This document shows, piece after piece, positions 37,359 through 46,730 of a stretch of DNA of 64,000 nucleotides (positions are counted from its first letter, which is position 1; each line of letters begins with the position of its first letter). Under the pieces are notes generated by a model, which saw nothing but the letters and a program-made list of their open reading frames with translations, had not been told where the DNA came from and did not search any database. Source of the stretch: an uncultured Muriicola sp. GTDB taxonomy: Bacteria > Bacteroidota > Bacteroidia > Flavobacteriales > Flavobacteriaceae. The position numbers were made by a program, and so were the translations under genes. Where the stretch lies: NCBI GenBank assembly GCA_947259855.1, contig CAMYNV010000008.1, positions 63,688 through 127,687 on the forward strand, given 5' to 3'.

Positions 37359-39275
37359 ATGCTGTTTAAAAATCCGCAACTACTTTGGTCTTTATGGCTT
37401 CTCTTGATTCCCATACTTGTTCATCTTTTACAGCTTCGTAAGTTTAAGAAAACCCCCTTCACCAATGTAAAGCTTTTGCAGAAGGTTGCAGCCAAGTCGC
37501 AACGAAGTCAGACGTTGAAAAGATGGCTATTGTTAATCACGCGTATGGCACTTTTAAGCTGTTTAATTTTAGCTTTCGCACAGCCATATTTTGCTAAAGA
37601 GACAGCCATGATGCAAAAGGAAACTACCATTTATTTGGATAATTCCTTTAGCCTACAGAGCCGGAATGGGACCACTACCCTCTTGGAACAGGCCGTGCAG
37701 GATCTGATAAAGTCTTTGCCCGAAGAGGACGCCTTTAATCTTTTTACCAATGATAAAGAGTACAGGGATGTTAAAATTGGAGATATACAAAACGATCTCT
37801 TACAATTGGAATTTACACCTTCCCAGTTAACATTGGATGATATTCATTTAAAAGCCATGTCGTTTTTTGGTGAAGATCCCAATTCCATAAAAAGACTCGT
37901 TATAATTTCCGATTTACAACAAAGAATGAACAGCGAGACAAGAGATACGATTCAAGGAATTGAACTTCACTACCTTCCAATCCGATCCGAAAATTCAGTG
38001 AATACATCCATAGATTCCGTATTCATCGATACTAGCAATCCTTTAAATAAGGAGTTAATGGTACTTCTTACCCAGACATCCGCGGAAGAAAATACCTCGG
38101 TTTCTTTGTATAACGGTGAAACGCTTATTGCCAAATCGGCTGCTGAATTCAATAATGACGGTACCTCCCAATTAGTCTTTACATTGCCCCAGGACGAATT
38201 GATTGAAGGGAAAGTAGAGATTTCAGATCTTGGTCTTACCTATGACAACCGATTCTATTTTAATTTGAATACTAAGGATAAGATCAAGGTACTTACCATA
38301 GGATCCTCCGATGATACATATCTGAAAAAAATATATTCCGGGGACGAATGTGAATATCTTTCCCTGCGGGAAACTGAAATAAATGTTAATTCAATAGAGT
38401 CTCAGGATCTTATAGTGCTTAATGAATTGCCAAAATTATCGGCATCTTTACAAGCCATGCTGCGCGACTATCTGGGTAAAGGAGGCAGTTTGGTACTGAT
38501 ACCGGGCAATGACATTGATGTACAATCCTATAATGCCTTGATCGGTACAAATGGTTTACGAGTGAGTCCTAAAACAGAGGCCGAACGTGACATCACAACC
38601 ATACACTTCTCCCATCCGCTTTTTAAAAATGTGTTCGAAAAAAACAGTACTAATTTTCAATATCCAAAGGTGAACAGCTTCTATGGAATAAATAAAACAG
38701 CCCAAAAAATTCTATCCTATGAAAACAATGACCCTTTTTTGGTGGGGTCTCGGGGCCTGTATTTATTTTCTGCTCAACTGGATATAAGTAACTCCAACTT
38801 TCAAAGTTCGCCTTTGGTTGTGACCACATTTTATGCAATGGCCTTGAGCAGCCTTAAATTACCAGCACCATATTATATATTGGGAAGAACCGCTGCCATC
38901 GACATCCCCGAAGTATCATCACAGGACCGGGTGATTAAAATAAAAAAGGGAAGCTATGAATTTATCCCACTACAGCAATCCATTGGCAATAAAACAAGGC
39001 TGACCTTTCAGGAGGATCCAAAAATAGACGGTACCTTCGGTATGCTAAATACCAATACAGAGAGAAAACTTAGTTTTAATTATCCACGAGATGAAAGCAA
39101 ACTGGTGTATCTTGATCTGAACACATTGTCGGGTACCTTGAATGAAACTAACATCCCCGATCTTTTCGAAGCTTTTGAAAAAGACAATACAGTAACCATG
39201 CTTTGGAAATGGTTTGTTATTTTAGCATTGCTTTTTATACTGACCGAAATAATCATACAAAAAGTATTTAAATGA
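37359..39275 (+). CDS. BatA-domain (N-terminal double-transmembrane) protein
   Basis: LWSLWLLLIPILVHLLQLRKFKKTPFTNVKLL matches the aerotolerance BatA N-terminal signature. 638 aa with a C-terminal TM helix. Confidence 0.65.
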   Translation: MLFKNPQLLWSLWLLLIPILVHLLQLRKFKKTPFTNVKLLQKVAAKSQRSQTLKRWLLLITRMALLSCLILAFAQPYFAKETAMMQKETTIYLDNSFSLQSRNGTTTLLEQAVQDLIKSLPEEDAFNLFTNDKEYRDVKIGDIQNDLLQLEFTPSQLTLDDIHLKAMSFFGEDPNSIKRLVIISDLQQRMNSETRDTIQGIELHYLPIRSENSVNTSIDSVFIDTSNPLNKELMVLLTQTSAEENTSVSLYNGETLIAKSAAEFNNDGTSQLVFTLPQDELIEGKVEISDLGLTYDNRFYFNLNTKDKIKVLTIGSSDDTYLKKIYSGDECEYLSLRETEINVNSIESQDLIVLNELPKLSASLQAMLRDYLGKGGSLVLIPGNDIDVQSYNALIGTNGLRVSPKTEAERDITTIHFSHPLFKNVFEKNSTNFQYPKVNSFYGINKTAQKILSYENNDPFLVGSRGLYLFSAQLDISNSNFQSSPLVVTTFYAMALSSLKLPAPYYILGRTAAIDIPEVSSQDRVIKIKKGSYEFIPLQQSIGNKTRLTFQEDPKIDGTFGMLNTNTERKLSFNYPRDESKLVYLDLNTLSGTLNETNIPDLFEAFEKDNTVTMLWKWFVILALLFILTEIIIQKVFK

Positions 39276-40528
39276 ACGTACTTTTAAAATCCGCAACAAT
39301 CGTAGACAAGCAAAATCCCGGCCTTCATATGAAGGTGCGGGATATTTATATTAAGAATGGGATTATCGAAAATATTGCGTCAAAAATTGAACCGGATACA
39401 AAGTCTAAAGTGATCTCCCTTCCGAACCTTCATGTTTCGAGAGGATGGATAGACAGCAGTGTATGTTTTGGTGAACCGGGCTTTGAGGAGCGTGAAACCA
39501 TTGAGAATGGCCTTAGAGTTGCGGCTATAAGCGGTTTTACGGATATCATATTGAATCCGAATACTAACCCACTCCCCGATAGCAGTGGAGGCATTGTATT
39601 TCTTAAAAATGCCGCTAAAGGAAATGCAACCAGCCTGCATCCGTTAGGAGCCCTCACAATTAATAGCGAAGGAACCGATTTGGCAGAATTATACGATATG
39701 CAAAATGCAGGTGCAGTAGCATTTTACGATTTTAAACACCCTGTAATGAATGCTAATTTGTTGAAAATAGCCTTACAGTATGTTCACAATTTTGATGGTT
39801 TGGTGTTTTCATTTCCCATGGATTCTCAAATTGCTGGAAACGGATCTGTCAATGAGGGAACCATCTCTACCAAACTTGGACTTAAAGGTATCCCTGCGCT
39901 GGCAGAAGAATTACAGATTGCACGTGATCTCTTCATTCTGGAATATACGGGAGGTAAATTACATATCCCTACGATCTCTACTGAGAATTCCGTGAAACTT
40001 ATCGCAGAAGCTAAAAAGAAGGGGCTGGACGTTAGTTGCAGTGTTGCAATACATAACCTTTGGTATACGGACGAAGTGCTCGAAGAATTTGACAGCAATT
40101 ACAAAGTGCTACCTCCATTAAGAACAAAAAAAGATACAGATGCCTTAAAAAAGGCTTTAAAAAGCGGCGTAATAGATATGGTAACGGCCGATCATATTCC
40201 CATGGATGTTGAAGAGAAAAGGGTTGAATTCGACAATGCCGGATTTGGTTCACTGGGTCTTGAAAATGCTTTTGGGATCTTACATAAAATATTCGATACA
40301 CAAACTACAATCCAATTTCTCACAAGGGGTCGGGAACGGTTTGGTATGGCATCCAAGCCTATAAAACAAGGTGAAAAGGTTAACCTAACACTTTTTAATC
40401 CGGAAGGCAGCCAAACATTGACCCGTGAAATGATATCTTCAACTTCAAAAAATAGCATGTACCTGGGTGAGAAACTTAAAGGAAAGGTCTACGGTATTTT
40501 TGCCAACAACCAATTAATCCTATCGTAA
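39272..40528 (+). CDS. Dihydroorotase-like cyclic amidohydrolase
   Basis: 418 aa, amidohydrolase fold pattern (DMVTADHIP, allantoinase/DHOase-like). Start overlaps the upstream stop (ATGA). Confidence 0.7.
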   Translation: MNVLLKSATIVDKQNPGLHMKVRDIYIKNGIIENIASKIEPDTKSKVISLPNLHVSRGWIDSSVCFGEPGFEERETIENGLRVAAISGFTDIILNPNTNPLPDSSGGIVFLKNAAKGNATSLHPLGALTINSEGTDLAELYDMQNAGAVAFYDFKHPVMNANLLKIALQYVHNFDGLVFSFPMDSQIAGNGSVNEGTISTKLGLKGIPALAEELQIARDLFILEYTGGKLHIPTISTENSVKLIAEAKKKGLDVSCSVAIHNLWYTDEVLEEFDSNYKVLPPLRTKKDTDALKKALKSGVIDMVTADHIPMDVEEKRVEFDNAGFGSLGLENAFGILHKIFDTQTTIQFLTRGRERFGMASKPIKQGEKVNLTLFNPEGSQTLTREMISSTSKNSMYLGEKLKGKVYGIFANNQLILS

Positions 40529-40557
40529 TTTAGTTTACAACCTATTTCGAAGAATCT

Positions 40558-40887
40558 ATGGACAACCTGGAGATAAAAGAAGGTAAAACCGCAGCCATTG
40601 TGGCATATATGACCATTGTGGGATCATTGATCGCTATTACAATGAATTTGGAACCCAAGAATGCATTCGCTCGTTTCCATATTCGGCAGGCTTTTGGTTT
40701 ACACCTGGTGTTTATTGGCTGTGCCCTGTTTTTAAGCGTTTGGTTTTATGAATACGTTTGGGTTGCCCTCTATATTTTTTACTTTGTTCTGTGGTTTTTT
40801 GGATTTTTAGGAGCCTTAAATAACAAAGTCCAACCCGTGCCTCTGCTGGGAACTTTTTTTCAAAAATGGTTTACTTTTATTCAATAA
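40558..40887 (+). CDS. Small membrane protein (DUF4870-like)
   Basis: 109 aa with three hydrophobic helices and a FHIRQAFGLHL motif. Confidence 0.5.
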   Translation: MDNLEIKEGKTAAIVAYMTIVGSLIAITMNLEPKNAFARFHIRQAFGLHLVFIGCALFLSVWFYEYVWVALYIFYFVLWFFGFLGALNNKVQPVPLLGTFFQKWFTFIQ

Positions 40888-40888
40888 A

Positions 40889-41548
40889 ATGACAACTGCT
40901 CCTTTATCCCTTCATTATTTAATTCGTCCTTCTTCTCTGCAGAATGCCAAGCCTCCTGCTATTTTCTTATTCCATGGGTATGGAAGTAATGAAGAGGACC
41001 TTTTTTCTTTTGCTCCGGAACTTCCGGAAGAACTTTGCGTCATCTCGGTAAGAGCCCCCTACCCTGCACCTCCTTTTGGGTTTGCATGGTATGCCATTAA
41101 TTTTAATGCCGATTTTGGGAAATGGAGCGATGTAACTCAGGCAAAATCCTCGATAAAAAAAATAGTTACATTTATTAAAGAAGCTATTGAAGTGTATGAT
41201 CTCGATGCCTCTTCACTTACCTTGCTTGGCTTTAGCCAGGGAACGGTTTTGAGCTTGGCTGTGGCCTTGTCTTATCCCAATCTGATACGCAATGTGGTAG
41301 CTTTAAGCGGGTATATCGATGAGAATACCTTGACCCCCGATTACAAAGAAAATGATCATTCACATCTTAAAATATATGTCTCACATGGGCAGGTAGATCC
41401 CGTTATTCCACTGTCCTGGGCACAAAGAACACCACCTTTATTGGATAAGCTGGGTATTGATTATGCGTTTGAGGAATATCCTACAGGTCATGGGGTATCG
41501 CAACAAAATTTCTATTCATTGAGAACCTGGTTGAAAGATAAGATCTAA
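40889..41548 (+). CDS. Alpha/beta hydrolase, phospholipase/carboxylesterase family
   Basis: 219 aa. LFHGYGSNEEDL, nucleophile elbow GFSQG, C-terminal GHG. Confidence 0.8.
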   Translation: MTTAPLSLHYLIRPSSLQNAKPPAIFLFHGYGSNEEDLFSFAPELPEELCVISVRAPYPAPPFGFAWYAINFNADFGKWSDVTQAKSSIKKIVTFIKEAIEVYDLDASSLTLLGFSQGTVLSLAVALSYPNLIRNVVALSGYIDENTLTPDYKENDHSHLKIYVSHGQVDPVIPLSWAQRTPPLLDKLGIDYAFEEYPTGHGVSQQNFYSLRTWLKDKI

Positions 41549-42039
41549 TTGCTCCGGGTGTACAAAAGGTGATCTACCAAGGAGAAATTTACACCAAGAT
41601 TGTCCATTAATTCATACTTAATGAGGAGTTCCCCCCAATACTTGCCATCTGAAAAATCGGCTATGATCCATTTATGGTTCAAGATCTTAATTTTATTTAT
41701 TTTAAAATCGCTTTCCATGCCCTCATAAGGGATTAATGGATTATCGCCCTTTTGTTCATTGGTTTCTAACAATTTATCAGCAATATAGCCAGGCGCATTA
41801 TCCAAATTCAAATGATCGTAATAGGCATGAGCATCATCATTATTCTCCAGAGAAAAATATTGCATGTCCAAAACCTTTAACTCCGTATTCCTCACGGAAT
41901 CCTCCAGGGTTGAAATAGTTGCCTTTAACTCTTCAATTTTTAGTGTGCCCGCTTCAACCCTATTGGTGCCACTGACATACAGATAGAGGGCTATAAGTGC
42001 TGCAAATACAAATAAGTATAAAAATATTCTATTTTTCAT
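41545..42039 (-). CDS. N-terminally anchored hypothetical protein
   Basis: 164 aa with an N-terminal TM/signal. Start overlaps the upstream MBL gene stop (ATGA). Confidence 0.55.
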   Translation of the reverse strand: MKNRIFLYLFVFAALIALYLYVSGTNRVEAGTLKIEELKATISTLEDSVRNTELKVLDMQYFSLENNDDAHAYYDHLNLDNAPGYIADKLLETNEQKGDNPLIPYEGMESDFKINKIKILNHKWIIADFSDGKYWGELLIKYELMDNLGVNFSLVDHLLYTRSN

Positions 42040-42827
42040 CCGTTTACGTTAACAATTAGATTATCATAGGCCAAATGTACATTCTCCGGTAGTGTCTTCT
42101 CTACCTCTTCATGAAAGCCCATGTTATGACTTATGTGTGTAAAATATGCCTTTTCCGGTTGTACTTTATTCACGAACTCCAGGGCTTCTTCCAGATTAAA
42201 ATGCGAATGATGATGTTCTATTCGCAATGCATTAATACATAGCACTTTAATCCCCTTTAACTTATCTATTTCTTTATCTTTAATCGTTTTTACATCCGTA
42301 AGATATGCCAGATCTTTTATGCGATATCCAAAAACTTGAAGCCTATTGTGAAAGGCTTCAATAGGTATGGCTTTGAGATCGCCAATGCCAAATGGGTGAT
42401 CATTTTCTACAACATTAATATTAACAGCTGGCGCACCCGGATATCGGTTGTTTTCTGAAAAGATATAGTCGAATCGGCGCTTTAATGAATCTACCACACG
42501 TTGGTGGGCATAAACAGGAATGTCTCCCTGTCTGAAGAAATAGGGGCGAATATCATCGATCCCTGCGGTATGATCCGAATGTTCATGGGTAAATAGGATT
42601 CCGTCTAATTTGGTGACCTTATGGGTTAGCATTTGTTGTCTGAAATCGGGGCCGCAGTCTATGACGTAATTGTAATTATTCCAGGATATTAGTACTGAAA
42701 CACGCAGTCTTTTGTCTTTTGGGTTTTTACTTAAGCATACCGGATGTTTGCTTCCAATTACAGGAATACCTTGTGAAGTTCCCGTACCCAAAAATGTTAA
42801 TTTCAACCGCTTGTCTATTTTATTCAA
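42036..42827 (-). CDS. MBL-fold metallo-hydrolase (PhnP/YycJ-like)
   Basis: LTFLGTGTSQGIP and HEHSDH motifs. The start codon at 42827 is TTG. Confidence 0.8.
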   Translation of the reverse strand: MNKIDKRLKLTFLGTGTSQGIPVIGSKHPVCLSKNPKDKRLRVSVLISWNNYNYVIDCGPDFRQQMLTHKVTKLDGILFTHEHSDHTAGIDDIRPYFFRQGDIPVYAHQRVVDSLKRRFDYIFSENNRYPGAPAVNINVVENDHPFGIGDLKAIPIEAFHNRLQVFGYRIKDLAYLTDVKTIKDKEIDKLKGIKVLCINALRIEHHHSHFNLEEALEFVNKVQPEKAYFTHISHNMGFHEEVEKTLPENVHLAYDNLIVNVNG

Positions 42828-42894
42828 ATTTATGACTTATTTATTTAAAAGATAGCCCATTCTTGTTAACTTTGTTTACCGTAACATCCGAAGA

Positions 42895-44352
42895 ATGTCG
42901 TCAGTTTTAAATCAAGATCCCGCTTTTGAAAACATTCCCTCCATAAAGGCGAAAACGCTTAGAATAAATCTAAATCCAGTGATTTACGGCACCTTTGCAG
43001 AAATTGGTGCGGGTCAGGAAACAGCACGTCATTTTTTTAGATCTGGCGGGGCTTCCGGGACTATTGCCAAGGCCATGAGTGCCTATGACAAAAAGTTCAG
43101 TGATGCTATCTACGGCACTGAACAGGACGGAAGATACGTAACCCAAAGCCGTTTAAAGAAGATGCTGAACCATGAAATAAATTTGATGGAAGAGCGCATC
43201 AGCAGGGAAGATCATCCGGATCGTTTGTTCTTTACCTATGCAAACACGGTGGCAACCATCGATTTCTCCAAGCGCTATAAAGGCCATGGCTGGGTAGGGA
43301 TCATGTTTCAACTCGACCCGAATCAAAAAGAATATGATGAGATCATTCTGCATATCAGATTTAAACAAAATGAGGCACGATTACAACAGGAAACACTGGG
43401 TATCGTAGGTGTTAATCTGATTTATGGTGCATTTTACAAATACAACAAACCAAGAAAACTCTTAAAATACCTATACGATCACTTAGACAGAGACACTGTT
43501 GAGATCGATATGGTAAACTTTGACGGGCCCAGCTTCAAGAATGTGGATAACCGTTTAATGAGCCTTCAATTGATTAAGAACGATATGACCGATGCGGTGA
43601 TGTTTGGTCCTGATGGGAACAATTTATTACCAGCTGCGGTTTTATATAAGAAAAATATCCTTGCCTTGAGGGGAAGTTTCAGGCCTGTAACAAAGGTCAA
43701 CATGGATATGTTTCAAAAATCCTATGATATTTTTATACGGGAGCAGACGGTTGAAGAAGAAAACACGATCGTGATGTTTGAAATAACGCTCTCTAATTTA
43801 AAGGCCTCGGGAGAAATCGATGAGCAGGATTTTATGGACAGGGCAGAACTTCTATGCTCTTTGGGACATACGGTTCTCATATCTAAATTCCAGGAATATT
43901 TTAGGCTGGTAGAATACCTTGGGAATTTTACCAAGGCCAGGATGGGCCTTACCATGGGTGTCAATAATTTGATCGAAATATTTGATGAAAAGTATTACCG
44001 CCATTTAAGTGGTGGTATTCTGGAGGCGTTCGGAAAGTTGTTTTTCAAAGACCTTAAGGTTTACCTCTACCCCATGAAAAATCCGGAGACAGGTCAGATC
44101 ATGACCAGCAATAATATAAAAGTGCATCCTCGAATGAAGGAATTGTACAAATTCTTCAAGTACAACGGAAAGGTGATGGATATCATTGACTACGATCCTG
44201 AGATCATGCATATATTCTCCAGAGATGTTCTTAAAAAGATCACGAATGACGAAACAGGCTGGGAAGAAATGCTGCCGGAAGGTATTGCCGAAATAATTAA
44301 AAAGAAAAAGCTTTTTACAAAACATACCCTCTCCGAGAAAGAAAAGGTTTAA
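42895..44352 (+). CDS. Conserved 485-aa cytoplasmic protein of unknown function
   Basis: Long ATG ORF with no signal peptide or TM helix. N-terminal FAEIGAGQETARHFFRSGGASGTIAKAMSAYD. I cannot assign a family. Confidence 0.65.
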   Translation: MSSVLNQDPAFENIPSIKAKTLRINLNPVIYGTFAEIGAGQETARHFFRSGGASGTIAKAMSAYDKKFSDAIYGTEQDGRYVTQSRLKKMLNHEINLMEERISREDHPDRLFFTYANTVATIDFSKRYKGHGWVGIMFQLDPNQKEYDEIILHIRFKQNEARLQQETLGIVGVNLIYGAFYKYNKPRKLLKYLYDHLDRDTVEIDMVNFDGPSFKNVDNRLMSLQLIKNDMTDAVMFGPDGNNLLPAAVLYKKNILALRGSFRPVTKVNMDMFQKSYDIFIREQTVEEENTIVMFEITLSNLKASGEIDEQDFMDRAELLCSLGHTVLISKFQEYFRLVEYLGNFTKARMGLTMGVNNLIEIFDEKYYRHLSGGILEAFGKLFFKDLKVYLYPMKNPETGQIMTSNNIKVHPRMKELYKFFKYNGKVMDIIDYDPEIMHIFSRDVLKKITNDETGWEEMLPEGIAEIIKKKKLFTKHTLSEKEKV

Positions 44353-44385
44353 AAAAAACCCTGATCATGAGATCAGGGTTTTTTA
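44351..44385. terminator. Bidirectional rho-independent terminator
   Basis: A8-CCCTGATC-atga-GATCAGGG-T6, lying between convergent genes. Confidence 0.85.
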
Positions 44386-44403
44386 GTCTTTCAACCTTAT
44401 ATT

Positions 44404-44856
44404 TTAGTCCAATATCTGAGAAGCATGGTCTTTGGTGTTCACCTTATCGATTACCTTGCTAACCCTTCCCTCTTCATCGACAATAAAAGTAGTTCTGTGA
44501 ATGCCATTGTATTCCTTGCCCATAAACTTTTTTGGACCCCATACGCCAAAAGCGTTGATTGCGCTATGGTCTTCATCTGCCAATAGTGGAAATGGAAACT
44601 TGTATTTATCACGGAAGCTGGATTGTTTTTTCTGAGAATCCTCACTAACACCTAGCAAATGATACCCCTGTTCTTGGAGATCTTTATAATGGTCCCTCAG
44701 ATCACATGCCTCGGCAGTACAGCCAGGTGTATTGGCCCTTGGATAAAAGAAAACTACTAACTTCTTTCCTTTATAATCTGCCAGTCTAATATCATTCCCG
44801 TCTTGATCTTTTCCGGAAAATTCGGGTACTTTGTCTCCTTCTTTAAGTATTTTCAT
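44404..44856 (-). CDS. bcp: Thioredoxin-dependent peroxiredoxin Bcp
   Basis: 150 aa. FFYPRANTPGCTAEAC active site. Confidence 0.9.
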   Translation of the reverse strand: MKILKEGDKVPEFSGKDQDGNDIRLADYKGKKLVVFFYPRANTPGCTAEACDLRDHYKDLQEQGYHLLGVSEDSQKKQSSFRDKYKFPFPLLADEDHSAINAFGVWGPKKFMGKEYNGIHRTTFIVDEEGRVSKVIDKVNTKDHASQILD

Positions 44857-44913
44857 TCGCGTATTTTTATTTAATTAATTTAAGTAATAAGTAAGCCGTA
44901 AAATTAAGGATAT

Positions 44914-45576
44914 ATGACCAAATCTGAAAAAATTGATTTTACCATCCGTACACTCAATCAGCTATATCCTGAAATTCCTGTTCCCCTGGAACATAAGGAC
45001 CCTTATACACTGCTGATCGCAGTACTTCTATCTGCCCAAAGTACGGATGTCCGTGTCAATAAAATTACGCCCCTCTTATTCAAAAAAGCAGATAATCCAT
45101 ATGATATGGTCAAATTATCGGTTGAGGAAATTCGGGAAATTATAAAGCCGGTAGGACTTTCTCCTATGAAATCAAAAGGGATTTACGGACTTTCAAAAAT
45201 TTTAATTGATAAACATAAGGGTAAAGTCCCACAGGACATACAACTTTTGGAAGAATTGCCAAGCGTAGGACATAAAACAGCCAGTGTGGTAATTTCGCAA
45301 GCCTTCGGGATTCCCGCTTTTCCGGTAGATACCCATATCCATAGATTGATGTATCGATGGGGATTTTCGAGTGGAAAAAATGTAGTTCAAACAGAAAAGG
45401 ATGCAAAACGACTTTTCCCAAAGGAATTATGGAACGATCTGCATCTTCAGATTATCTGGTACGGAAGAGAATACTCACCTGCAAGAGGTTGGGATCTGGA
45501 AAAAGATCTTATAACAAAGACGATTGGAAGGAAAAAAGTGCTGCAAGAATATTACAAATTAAAAAAGGCCCGCTAA
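44914..45576 (+). CDS. nth: Endonuclease III-like HhH-GPD DNA glycosylase lacking all cysteines
   Basis: LPSVGHKTASVVISQAFGIPAFPVDTHIHRL (HhH, catalytic Lys and Asp context). No Cys anywhere in the 220 aa. Confidence 0.8.
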   Translation: MTKSEKIDFTIRTLNQLYPEIPVPLEHKDPYTLLIAVLLSAQSTDVRVNKITPLLFKKADNPYDMVKLSVEEIREIIKPVGLSPMKSKGIYGLSKILIDKHKGKVPQDIQLLEELPSVGHKTASVVISQAFGIPAFPVDTHIHRLMYRWGFSSGKNVVQTEKDAKRLFPKELWNDLHLQIIWYGREYSPARGWDLEKDLITKTIGRKKVLQEYYKLKKAR

Positions 45577-45592
45577 TGCGAGCCTTTGTTTG
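45561..45592. terminator. Bidirectional terminator overlapping the nth stop codon
   Basis: AAAGGCCCGC-taat-GCGAGCCTTT (one mismatch), flanked by an A6 run and TTTGTTTGTT. Confidence 0.6.
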
Positions 45593-45736
45593 TTAATTCA
45601 AAATCGTTTCGAATCTGAATTGCCTGTGTTTTGTTATCCTCAGTGCCTTCGAATATTCTAACAAAAAGTGAATGGTTTCTGGGCTTACCTGGGCAAGTTT
45701 ACAAGCATTTTTTTTCTTTGAGTAAATTTTTTCCAT
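45593..45736 (-). CDS. Unannotated 47-aa protein downstream of sigma factor copy 1
   Basis: ATG...TAA, MEKIYSKKKNACKLAQVSPETIHFLLEYSKALRITKHRQFRFETILN. Starts 68 nt after the sigma stop. Paralog at 46731..46874 has identical length and spacing. Confidence 0.55.
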   Translation of the reverse strand: MEKIYSKKKNACKLAQVSPETIHFLLEYSKALRITKHRQFRFETILN

Positions 45737-45804
45737 ATGATTGCTGTATCGTTACGATAAGATAACGCAGGCAATATGGAATTATTGTACTTCTAAATGT
45801 AAAC

Positions 45805-46389
45805 CTATGAATTTGTCAATACGATATTATGGCGTTCAATTATTTTTCGAAGATTAATCAATGCATACCGCATTCTTCCCAGTGCAGTGTTAATACTTAC
45901 ACCTGTATTCTCAGAAATTTCCTTGAAGCTCATATCCTTATAAATTCGCATCAATAAGACTTCTTTCTGGTCATCTGGAAGTTCTTCGATCAATAATCCC
46001 AGATCACTGTCTATCTGATCTTTAATAAGTTGTTTTTCTGCATTTAATTTGTCGTCTCCGATCACAGAAAAGATATTAAAGTCTTCATTGCCCTCAAATT
46101 TTGGCATGCGCTTATTTTTTCTAAAATGATCGATGATCAAGTTGTGTGCAATACGCATTACCCAGGGAAGAAATTTCCCTTCTTCACTATAATTCCCCTT
46201 TTTAAGAGTCTTGATAACTTTAATAAAAGTGTCTTGAAAGATATCCTCTGTGATATCCCTGTCCAGAACTTTGGAATAAATAAAACTACTTATTCGTTGG
46301 TTGTGCCTGTTAATGAGGATTTCCAATGCTTTTTCATCCCCGCTGATGTAGTCCGTTACTAGTAGTGAGTCGTCCTTTTGAAGTTTCAT
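45805..46389 (-). CDS. ECF-type sigma-70 family RNA polymerase sigma factor, copy 1
   Basis: 194 aa. Region 2 (EDIFQDTFIKVI...PWVMRIAHNLIIDHFRK) and region 4 HTH (MSFKEISENTGVSINTALGRMRYALINLRK). Confidence 0.85.
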   Translation of the reverse strand: MKLQKDDSLLVTDYISGDEKALEILINRHNQRISSFIYSKVLDRDITEDIFQDTFIKVIKTLKKGNYSEEGKFLPWVMRIAHNLIIDHFRKNKRMPKFEGNEDFNIFSVIGDDKLNAEKQLIKDQIDSDLGLLIEELPDDQKEVLLMRIYKDMSFKEISENTGVSINTALGRMRYALINLRKIIERHNIVLTNS

Positions 46390-46644
46390 AGATAGTCTTT
46401 TGGTTTGCGAATGAACTTTTTAAGTATTGCTTAAAAACTCCGGTTATTAGATTTATTTGAGATACTTGTTTTTTGAATTACATTTTAAAAGTACCTAAAG
46501 ACCATGCTGCAGGAAAAAGTATGTTGTAAAACGTCCAAATATTGATGTGAACATGCACTTTCGTAAATCTGACGCAAAAAGGAAGGCTGAAAATAGGAAG
46601 GAAAAGGAAGTGATCTACAGTTTATAAATGGGTATTAAAAAATT

Positions 46645-46680
46645 AGGCATTACTTCATGGAAAGGTCCATAGTAATGCCT
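46645..46680 (-). terminator. Rho-independent terminator of sigma unit 2
   Basis: AGGCATTACT / AGTAATGCCT perfect 10-bp stem (inner ATGGA/TCCAT), followed on the minus strand by AATTTTTT. Confidence 0.65.
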
Positions 46681-46730
46681 GATTAATTTTATAAAGATTA
46701 TTTAGATCTGCTCTATCGCTTTAGGGATCC

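Noticed and set aside
46554-46628. 24-codon plus-strand ORF (MHFRKSDAKRKAENRKEKEVIYSL) in the purine-rich leader between the two sigma units.
   Set aside because: It has no paralogous counterpart in the other unit, it is very short, and it lies in a purine-rich stretch that easily yields Lys/Arg/Glu codons by chance.
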